From positions 1 to 64,000 of the forward strand of contig BAAIJX010000078.1 of the NCBI GenBank assembly GCA_054600435.1: a DNA stretch of 64,000 nt, in the 5' to 3' direction. Positions 35,884 to 45,089 of the stretch are shown piece after piece; the stretch's first letter is position 1; every line of letters begins with the position of its first letter. Position numbers and translations under genes: made by a program. This stretch comes from Neophaeotheca triangularis. Its lineage: Eukaryota. The notes beneath the pieces are model-generated. The model worked only from the letters and a program-made list of their open reading frames with translations, did no database searches and was not told where the DNA came from.

Positions 35884-38800
35884 TCAAGCCTCCTTCTTCT
35901 TTCCCATCATCCCCTTGAAAGGCTTCTGGATCAATTGCATCAACTTGGCGAGCCCGCCAAACAGGTACCCGAACCCGAAGCCCCAGCCCTTGATGCGCAC
36001 GGTGTAGATGAAGAAGTAAACGAGGAACCAGTTGCTGATGCAGAAAGCGAGGAAGATGCCGAAATCGCGCCAGTCCTCGGAAGCATCAATGTTCAGCGTC
36101 TCGAGGTACTGGTCGGCGACGGTGTAAGGGCAGTACTGGCAATCCTGGGTAGCGTCGGGGTTGAGCAGGTTGCCGCCGGCTTGCTGGGCGAAAGCGCCGG
36201 CGTAGGATTGGCACGTCTCGCCGGGAGGGGCGTCGAAGCGCGCCGTTTCTTCCACGGTGCACTCGACGGGCACGTTGTGCAGGGTTTTGGCTAGCACGCC
36301 GCCGATCCAGTAGGTGCTGGGGTTGACGTAATACATCCAGTAGCGCCAGAAGACTGGGAGGGAGCCGTAGGGGCGGACGACGCCGTTGAAGAGGGTGAAC
36401 ATGACGAAGAAGAAGGGGAGGACGTTGCTGATGACTGTGAAAGAGGGCGCGAAGGCTGTGATCCATTGGCCCCAGCTCGACATGAAGAAGAAGAAGAGCA
36501 GGGTCATGAGGAAGACGTAGCCGGAGACGGAGCTCTCGGTTGGTAGGCCCGTGGCGAAGTACCAGATGACCCAGTAGAGGACCGAGCAGACGATGGCGAT
36601 GGGGATCTCGCCCACGATCATGGCCGTGCAGAAGGCGAACCAACCGTAGATACGGGAGGGGAGCTCGCGAGCTTGCCAGAGCGCCATGTTGGTGAAGAAT
36701 TTGGGAACCACGGCGTTGACAACGGTGGGAGGGAGCGTCAGGATCAGGAAAGCCGTGAACATGCGATTCTGCATGTCTTGGATGGAGTAGCCGAGTTGCC
36801 AGAAAGTGAAACCGTTGAAGATGCCGACAATGACGGCGGTGAAGAGCTTGCCGTAGAGATACGAAGGGTCGCGCCAGTATTGGCGGAAGAGGCGCTTGGT
36901 TAGCTCGGTCGTCTGCAGCATGGCGGGAGCGGCAAACTCCTTCGCGTCTGCGTTCGTCTTCTGGGTGTTTTCGGCTTTGCTACGGGTGGCCTTTACATTT
37001 TCAATCTCCTCAATGACGCCCTTTGCTTGTTCCGAGTTGCGCCATTCTTCGTTCCAGTCGATGCGCGAACCGTCCTCTCGGCGAGGTCGCTTAGCGGCCG
37101 TCTCGAGAATGAATTCAGCGACGTTCTTCGTAGGCGGGCACTGGACACCACGGTCGGCGAAATACTTGATTACATCTGAGCCGTTGTCGCCGATGGGCCC
37201 GAAGTAGAAAGTGTTACCACCTGGGTTGAGAGCAAGCACCATGTCGAACTGCTGGATTAGAACGGAAGAAGGCTGGTGAATCGTGCAGACGATTGCCTGG
37301 CCAGCGTGGGCCAACTTCTTCAGGAAGCGCACAATAGAGTAGGCGCTTTGCGAATCGAGACCGGAAGTAGGTTCGTCCAGGAAGAGTAGCAAGCTCGGTT
37401 TGGCCGCGAGCTCCACACCGATTGTCAAACGTTTGCGTTGCTCAACACCGAGCGAGCTGATCAGAGCATCTTGCAAGTCGTTCAGCTCGAGCAGGTCGAT
37501 AATTTTGTCAACATAGGCGATCTTCTCGGCGCGTGGGACGGATGATTCTTGACGCAATACAGCAGAGAACTCGAGACCTTCCCTGACAGTAGCGGTACCA
37601 TCGTGGATGTCGCCCTGCAAACAGAAGCCAGTGTTTCGCTGAAACTCCGGTCCAAGTCCTTGCCCGTCAACGAGCATCTCGCCGCCAACGACACCCATGA
37701 CCTGCCTTTGAGCAAGGGTGTTAAGCAAGGTACTCTTACCGGCACCAGAGGCACCAACGAGCGCAACCATGACTCCAGGCTTAGCGTAACCGCTGACACT
37801 GTTGAGCAGCTTCTTCTCGCCGCCGAGGTAGGGGACTGTGTACTCGACATCTTTCCAGGTGAAGACGCTCTCGCTCTTTGTGATGGAATCGAGAGCCTCC
37901 TCTTCTTCGTCTTTACCGTTTGGTGAGTCGCCCAGGCTGCTTTCCTTCTTGGCTGAGGAGCTAGAGTCGCCGCTGCTACCGACGCCTTTCTCCTCGTCGG
38001 CCGGTGGTGAAGAGGATCCTTGCTTGACCGCCTTCTTTGTCTTTCGGGACTTTTTGAAGACGAGGGCACCGCCACCGCCGCCGGAGAAGTCGAGCTTCTC
38101 TGTGGCAATACCAGTGATGATAATGTAAAGAACGGTAAAGGCGATTACCACCGCCCAGTTACGCCAGAGGTGGCTGCGGGTGTAGTTGTAGGTAGCGTCG
38201 AGGTAGTCCGAGCCAGCTACTTGCTGAGCGTTGACGTCGGCGCCAGTAAGACTGCATCCCTGGTAAGCAGGATCAATGTTGGGTCCCTGGGGCACAAGTT
38301 CGTCCGGAGAGCACTGCATAGTCCGTCCGCTGAACTCGTTGGTCAAGACACCCTCGAAGCTGTAAGAAATTGGGTTGACATGGTACAGCCATCCAAACCA
38401 GATGTAATCGCTCAGGAGCTGGGTCTTGGGAATCACATATCCAGTGTAGATAATGAGCAAGTTTAGCGAAATTCCAGAGAATCGGACAGCAGTGTCAATT
38501 TCCGGCGACAAGCTGGCGAACATGCGGTAGAGGGCCGTGATACAGATGGTCGTGGTGTAGATGAAGAGGAAGTAGATCCAGAACTTGCCGGCCTCAACAT
38601 CGAGATTTGTCATGAAATACATGATGACAGAGAAAATGCAGACCTGTACAAGGATGACCGGGAAATCGGAGATGACTCGAGCAATTGCAATGGCCGATGG
38701 GCGATAGAAGGCGTAATCTTTGTGGCGCGCGACCACTGGTCGTCCAGAGACGGCCTTCATCAGCTCAGTGAGTTGCAACCAGCCAAGGAAGAGGATCGAA

Positions 38801-40590
38801 AAGAAAAGCGCACCTCCACGCGAGAAAGCGCCAGAGGTGTCCAAAGATTGACCGTAGAAGAGGGAACCGACAATGAGACCGTTCGAGATAATGATGAAGA
38901 CTTTAGTCCAGAGAGTAGTCTTGTCGCCAAACAGGAGCCAGAACTCCCTTCGAGTACAAGCCATTACCTGACGGGGAAAGGACACGGTGTAGGCAGATTT
39001 TTTGGGAACATGCTTCGACTTGCCCTCTTGGACGGCCTTTTCGAATCGCTGTGCATCGTCGTAGCTTGTCTCCTCGAGATGCCTCTCGTAGTCCGCAACG
39101 TCCTCGATATTACGCTGGTATGCCGGAGAAGACCGGAAGGCTGCCTGCAGCTCGTCTGGAGTCTTTGGTGTGGAATCCTCACATCCAGAACGGAATCGCC
39201 TCTCAACGGGGTCAGTAACAGCCGTGAGGAAATCAGCAGTTGTTTGCCGCTCAGGGCACTCGAAGCCGAGATCGAGGAAGTACTGTTTCGCGTCCTTTGC
39301 GGGTCCACTGTAAATCTCGCGACCCTCATCGATGACAACCACCTTGTCCATCAACTCGTAGATACCTTCACCAGCCTGGTACAAAGTGACCAGTGTGGTG
39401 CGGTTGGAGATGTCGGTCATGATTCGGAGCGACTTGGCGTAGTCGAGAGCCGTCGAGGCGTCGAGACCTCGCGTGGAGTTGTCCCAACAGGCCACGGTCG
39501 ATTTTGTAGCTAAAGTCTCGGCTATTGAAACGCGTTTTCGTTCTCCTCCTGAAACACCTCGAGTGAACTCGTCACCAACGAGGGTGTACTTGGTGTGAGC
39601 AATACCGAACATCCTCATCAGGGCGTCGGCAATGCGGGGGATGTCGTCTTTGACCTTCTTCTTAGTCTTGTTCATCAAAGCAAAGGTGAAGGTTTGCCAG
39701 ACGTTCAGGGAGGCGAAGTGAATGTCGTCCTCGGGGTTGTAGTTGACCTCTCCTCGGTACATCTTCTTTTGCTTGTCCGCTGGGATACCACCATACGAAA
39801 CATCACCGGTGACTTCGGCATACGGCTCACGGTTGTTGCTGATGGCTTTGAGGAAAGTACTGCATCCAGATCCCGGTCGGCCAAGCACGAGCATCATCTC
39901 TCCATCGCGAACGCAGCCAGTGAATCCGTGCAAGATGGTCTGCAGATTACCAGACTTCATTGCCAGGCTGGGGATGAAACTGCACATTACGTTGTAAAGG
40001 TCGGGACCAAAAGTACCAAGGATGGCATCAGGGAGTGTCCGGACGAAAGCTGCTCCACCACCCATGCCCTTGACCACCAAGTCTTTGTAGATTACACCAA
40101 CTTTCTTCGCTGATCCTTCATCCGTTCTCTTCTCAAAGTGGCCTTCACGCATAAATGGGGCGAGTTGGAAGGCATCGTCGTCTTCTGCTTGGGGATTGGC
40201 CTCGACATCACCTTCTGACTGGGCGTCAGTACGTTGCGAGCGTTTCGTAGGGGCTCGGCCAAGGGATTTGCGCCTGTTGCTGGGGGCCCCCGAAGCATTG
40301 GAACGAGTCTTTTCGAGGTTGGTGAGCTCTTGACGCAGGGCGTTGAAATCTTCTTTCGCTCCTTGCTCGCTAAAGTTCCCTACATCCTTCTCCCCCCAAG
40401 TCCCGTCGTTGTCCTTGTCAGAGGCGCTCTCGACTTCCTCACCACCCGGATGCGGAGAATGAGGTTCATGTATCCCGCCATCAGTCGTTGGATCGCCGAC
40501 GGTGTGCCATGCATTTACCGGTTGGCTGCCTGGTTCGCCTGTCGGCTGGCGATTGAGGCCACGGCTGTCTGGTGGACCGGCTCCCCACAT
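35884..40590 (-). CDS. Full-size PDR-type (ABCG) ABC transporter, AtrF-like, 1568 aa, intronless
   Basis: NBD1 GRPGSGCST / VSGGERKRVSIAE / CWDNSTRGLD, NBD2 GASGAGKST / EQRKRLTIGVEL / LFLDEPTSGLD. (NBD-TMD6)x2 topology with Cys-rich extracellular loops. Confidence 0.95.
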   Translation of the reverse strand: MWGAGPPDSRGLNRQPTGEPGSQPVNAWHTVGDPTTDGGIHEPHSPHPGGEEVESASDKDNDGTWGEKDVGNFSEQGAKEDFNALRQELTNLEKTRSNASGAPSNRRKSLGRAPTKRSQRTDAQSEGDVEANPQAEDDDAFQLAPFMREGHFEKRTDEGSAKKVGVIYKDLVVKGMGGGAAFVRTLPDAILGTFGPDLYNVMCSFIPSLAMKSGNLQTILHGFTGCVRDGEMMLVLGRPGSGCSTFLKAISNNREPYAEVTGDVSYGGIPADKQKKMYRGEVNYNPEDDIHFASLNVWQTFTFALMNKTKKKVKDDIPRIADALMRMFGIAHTKYTLVGDEFTRGVSGGERKRVSIAETLATKSTVACWDNSTRGLDASTALDYAKSLRIMTDISNRTTLVTLYQAGEGIYELMDKVVVIDEGREIYSGPAKDAKQYFLDLGFECPERQTTADFLTAVTDPVERRFRSGCEDSTPKTPDELQAAFRSSPAYQRNIEDVADYERHLEETSYDDAQRFEKAVQEGKSKHVPKKSAYTVSFPRQVMACTRREFWLLFGDKTTLWTKVFIIISNGLIVGSLFYGQSLDTSGAFSRGGALFFSILFLGWLQLTELMKAVSGRPVVARHKDYAFYRPSAIAIARVISDFPVILVQVCIFSVIMYFMTNLDVEAGKFWIYFLFIYTTTICITALYRMFASLSPEIDTAVRFSGISLNLLIIYTGYVIPKTQLLSDYIWFGWLYHVNPISYSFEGVLTNEFSGRTMQCSPDELVPQGPNIDPAYQGCSLTGADVNAQQVAGSDYLDATYNYTRSHLWRNWAVVIAFTVLYIIITGIATEKLDFSGGGGGALVFKKSRKTKKAVKQGSSSPPADEEKGVGSSGDSSSSAKKESSLGDSPNGKDEEEEALDSITKSESVFTWKDVEYTVPYLGGEKKLLNSVSGYAKPGVMVALVGASGAGKSTLLNTLAQRQVMGVVGGEMLVDGQGLGPEFQRNTGFCLQGDIHDGTATVREGLEFSAVLRQESSVPRAEKIAYVDKIIDLLELNDLQDALISSLGVEQRKRLTIGVELAAKPSLLLFLDEPTSGLDSQSAYSIVRFLKKLAHAGQAIVCTIHQPSSVLIQQFDMVLALNPGGNTFYFGPIGDNGSDVIKYFADRGVQCPPTKNVAEFILETAAKRPRREDGSRIDWNEEWRNSEQAKGVIEEIENVKATRSKAENTQKTNADAKEFAAPAMLQTTELTKRLFRQYWRDPSYLYGKLFTAVIVGIFNGFTFWQLGYSIQDMQNRMFTAFLILTLPPTVVNAVVPKFFTNMALWQARELPSRIYGWFAFCTAMIVGEIPIAIVCSVLYWVIWYFATGLPTESSVSGYVFLMTLLFFFFMSSWGQWITAFAPSFTVISNVLPFFFVMFTLFNGVVRPYGSLPVFWRYWMYYVNPSTYWIGGVLAKTLHNVPVECTVEETARFDAPPGETCQSYAGAFAQQAGGNLLNPDATQDCQYCPYTVADQYLETLNIDASEDWRDFGIFLAFCISNWFLVYFFIYTVRIKGWGFGFGYLFGGLAKLMQLIQKPFKGMMGKKKEA

Positions 40591-41219
40591 GCTGTCGAGG
40601 ATGGAATCTGTTGTAGGGGAAGAGCTTCAAGATGGAGTGGAGATCGGAAGGCCTGAAAACAGAGAGTTCCCGCGCAGGCTGCGGAAGCGGTCTTGCCTGC
40701 TGTTGATTATCGAGCGGCTTCAAGTCCCAGACTGCCGTCTTTGAGTGAGGCGCAAAGGTAGTGTAGAGGTCGACAGAGAGGTGTTGTAGGGAAAGAGTGA
40801 GAGGGAAGGAAATTGGGTAGAAAAGATAGAGAGGGAGGGAGAGGTGCAGAGGGAGAGTGGGCGTCAGATAATTACCAACAATGAAAACATCGGAGTTTAG
40901 CAGGCGATAGAGGCGAGAGCGAGGATGATTACTATTCATTATTGAGCGGCATAGATTAGGGCCATGTTCTTGTGCACGCATTGCATTTTGCGTGTTTTGG
41001 CTGTGAGTTAAAGTTAGGCCAGTTCCACGGCAACGATGGACGGATAAAGCATGGTGGAAGGCCCCACGCGTGTCGGAGACTACTGTACCTTGAGGATTCG
41101 ACGGTAGGAAGTAGCTGAGCAATTCATTGCATTATTAATGGATAATTAGTGATGATGATGAATCAAGATGAGTGATGATGATGAAGTCTGTGATGAAACT
41201 TTTGGGACTCAAACTTGCA

Positions 41220-41261
41220 TAGGTACTAGTACCTAAGGCACTACTTAGGTACTAGTACCTA
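41220..41261. repeat. Two copies of the perfect 16-bp palindrome TAGGTACTAGTACCTA, 10 bp apart
   Basis: Copies at 41220-41235 and 41246-41261, between the divergent ABC transporter and SDR genes. Confidence 0.9.
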
Positions 41262-42427
41262 CTACTGCTGGCGAACTTGTCCAACTACGTAGTCGGCGTT
41301 AGATCGACGGAACGGACCAAGATCTATTCTCCCACCAAGTCGGCATATCCGTCTCATTGGATCCTACCGTGCAAGCCGTGCTCCTCTGAATAGCGGTATA
41401 TCCACCAGAACGGACAGTATAAAACATTGGCCTGCTTCTCACCAACGCATTGCGAGTCGCTGTTCATAAGTAATAACAATGCCATATTCCTGAACTTTAG
41501 CCGTGCCTTTACCACGTTGCCATGCCGTTAGCAGCAATGCGAATCCGAGCCTTGGCCGTTGTCGAGACTGACGTGATCAGGTACAATATAAGTGTACCTT
41601 AGTGGTGCTGTCGAAAGCGAACAGTGATCGACGTGAAATCCCAATCAATCCCTTTCAATTCCTTACAATTCTTCCCAGCTGCACGAGCTTCTTGCGCAAA
41701 AGGATTACACAACTCACGTTCTTAAAAGTTAAAGGTGTCGGGTAGGTGTGTGTTCGGATCTTTGAAGCTTCTCTCCGAGTCCACCAACGGAGATAAAGGT
41801 TGAACGACGTCGACAACGTAAGCCACTAATGATAAGAAATATGTCCCGTGCACGACCCGTCCGACTCCCGGATATCCGTAGTGGATCTTTGCTGAAAGAG
41901 AGTTCGATGAAGAAAGTATTTCCTGTAAAACCAAGTCATGCTCGCTGTTAATTCTTGCATGAACCGAGTCACTACTAGTATTGCAAAATAGTATCATCTC
42001 AAAAGGCTGAAGCGGACTTTGCAGACACTCCGAGGAGCAAGATGGGGGCAAAGACGGTCGTCGGTCGAATCTACCGTACGTCCACCTGCAGTACCTTAGC
42101 TATCCATCGCGCGAATGCTTACATGACGCATCTGAGCAGACACAGTTTGGATGAACTAGCAATTGCTTGACGCGAATCATGCTCTGTAAGCAATACAATA
42201 ACAATATGAATCTTGTAGAATTGTAGGTAGATACTAGGTACTTTAAGGCAGTTATACTCCATGTAGATGTCCCGGTACTTCCACTGGACAGAGGTGCACT
42301 TCCCTCGACGCGCTAGCCACATCAAGACACTTTCCAACTTCACTTCCTTCCAAGGTCGCCCCAAAGCATCAGCCCGTACGTAAATTACACAGAGCTACCT
42401 GAACCTTGCAAAGGTACAGCTCCGAAA

Positions 42428-43595
42428 ATGGCTGTAATCACAATCGACCTGCTCGTCCACGTGCTTGCAAACACCATCTTCCATCCCTTTGTCGCCTCGC
42501 TCCTACCTCTCTGCAGTCTCGCCCTGGGCCACGCGCTACTGTCCTCCACCACCATCAACACGACCGTCTATGCCGCCGTGATATGCATTGCTCCGCTACT
42601 CTCATGGCTGAATCGCCGCATCGCATACGGTCCTCCCAGGCATTTCGACCGGGAGAATGAGGTCGTCGTTATTACCGGCGGCGGCAGCGGACTGGGCAGG
42701 CTGGTTGCCGAGATGTTTGCGATCAAGGGCGTCAGAGTCGCAGTGCTGGACGTCAAAATCCCTTCTAAGGAAGAAAAGCTGGAGAACGAGCTCTTGAACA
42801 AGATCAGCTGGTACGAGTGCGACGTCAGCAACATCCGGGCCGTCGAAAAAGCAAAAGTGTACCTAGAGGAAGAAGTACGTAGACTGCACTACAACTACAC
42901 CACGCACACCCCCTCGTCCGCTTTCCTCACATCCCATTCCCACAAAACTGGCCCAAGCTAAGTACCATCCCCCCTCTCCCCAGCTCGGCCCCACTAGCGT
43001 CCTAATCAACAACGCGGCCATCCTCCTCGGCGCACCCTTCCACACTCTACAACCCTCCCAACTCCACTCAAGCTTGCAAGTAAACCTCACCGCGCACCTA
43101 ACCACTACCCGGCTCTTCCTCCCCACCCTCCTGTCCCGCCCCTCGGGCTCCACGATCCTCACCATAGCTTCCGTCCTGGGTAAACCGCCCTTCAACCCAG
43201 CTTACCTGACCGATTACGCCGCCGCCAAAGCCGGGCTCATCGCTTTCCACCACTCTCTCTCCGCTGAGCTGAGACTGCCTAGCGCGCCTGCGGGTGCTAG
43301 CAATGCGCGAACGGTGCTGGTGACGCCCGGGCAGCTTGCTACGAAGATGTTCGAGGGTGTGGAGACGCCTATCCCGTTCTTGGGGCCGGTTGTTGAGACG
43401 GTTGAGCTGGCGAGGAAGGTGGCTGAGGCTGTGGAGAGTGGTTGGAGTGGCGAGCTGTGTTTGCCGCTGTATGCGCGGTGTGTCGAGTTTGTGCTGGTTT
43501 TGCCTGTGGGTTTGCAGAGGGTGGTTAGGTATCTGGCGGGAGTTGATGTCGCTATGGCTGCGCGGTGGGAGAAGATGAGCAAGGGAGGGTTGTGA
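42428..43595 (+). CDS. Membrane-anchored short-chain dehydrogenase/reductase; exons 42428-42874 and 42984-43595
   Basis: Hydrophobic N-terminus, VVITGGGSGLG, CDVS, LINNAA, QVNL, ASVLG, catalytic YAAAK, PGQLAT. GTACGT...CTAAG...CAG intron in frame. Confidence 0.9.
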
Positions 43596-45089
43596 GTGTC
43601 ATGCGAGCGCGATGGGGATGAGTTCACGCGGCGTCCACGTGTGCCAGGATGATAATGAACGTGCATTTTTCAACCGTCATGAAGGATCGCCAATTTTATT
43701 CGTCACCAAACATCGATACGTAGGTACTAGTAGGCGACGAAAGCAAACAGGAGGCGTTTCATTCCCTTAGGCGGTTTTCCGAGGGGAGTTCTCCGAGGAT
43801 ACATTAGGAAAGAACTAACGAGCATATCCGCTTAGGTCAAGATTAGAGAACGAGGCAGTCGACACCGGCGAAAGGGAACTCGGAAGCGACCAAGATCTCC
43901 ACGCTTTCCTTACGTTCATCGCAGCTGAGATGCTGAAGCCAGCACGATACCTCTTCCATTACCCGACAAGCAGACGTCTAGATTCTTCTATCTCGGTTTC
44001 CCCCCTCGATTAAGCACACAACGACATGCTAAACCAATATCTCCGCGATACGGTCGTGACGAAGCTGTGCCCCCGTCAATGGTCCTCTGAGGAGACACCA
44101 GCAAAATGGCAGGATGTTCGAGGTGTCTTGGCCATGGATCCCGAGGGGTATGGGGTCCTCGACATGCCATGCGAGCAGCTTGATGAGTTAGCGGAGCGTG
44201 CCTTTTCAAAGAAGCCTTGGGTGTGTCGCCTCACACTTACGTACTCTGGATGACTGCGGCAAATGATGGTGAAGCTGTACTGGCAGCGTAGCAGGCAAGC
44301 TTCTCAGTGTGCACCTGCCAAACCGTCCCTCGTTAGTTTGCCCCTTTTGAGAGATGCAACACACAAGCGCCGCAGACTGAACAACACCCTTGTCGCGCAT
44401 TTCGAGGTAGTAAGCTGTTCTTTGGCCGCGGTTCCACTCGTGATGCTTTTGCCCCAGCCGTACAGGTCCATCTCACAAGTCCGGGCGCACTTAGGTATAG
44501 TACGTGCAGCATCGGGAAGCTCTCTGCAAACAGTACCTGTAGAGCTGGGCCGTCGAACGCCAGCGTCAAGACGGCGCCTGCTGCATGCAGTAGACCCATT
44601 CTCAAACATCACACCATACCTTACCCAATACCTTAGGTAGGTAACCACGTCCTTACTCAAACCGCTTGCGCTGGGACTCCGACTGTCGTGGGTACAAGGT
44701 ATCCGGAAATACGCGATTTGATCGTCAAGCATACCTACCCAGGTACTCCGCACATCTTACCACTTCAGCCCTTGGATGGCTCCGGAGTGACTCTCGAAGC
44801 TGTCAGCACTGCACAAGACTGCCAAACATGAGTGAGGTCCAGAGCATAAGGTACCTGCATACTGTACAGACTGCCTGCACGCGATACCTCATATCCATGT
44901 GCCACGTAAGCCCTACCCTATACCAACTCCCAACCCAACCCAACAACCAACAGCCAAAACCCCACCCATTACAACGACAAAGATGAAACCCAAGCCCAAC
45001 CCTCATTCTACCTGTCCAACCACGCCCCATCCCCCAGCCAGCCAGCCAAGGCCTCACCCCTTCCCCTTGTAACCCCAGACTACCTACCT

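Noticed and set aside
31976..43595. UaY + PDR transporter + SDR as a regulated cluster
   Set aside because: UaY-type factors regulate dispersed purine genes. I saw no exact TCGG-N6-CCGA site upstream of the transporter and there is no biosynthetic backbone gene, so adjacency alone is insufficient.
43930..44753. Short ORFs between the SDR and the disordered-protein gene (e.g. 44026-44253)
   Set aside because: I could not build a consistent spliced model or recognise a motif; a small gene or relic cannot be supported from sequence alone.
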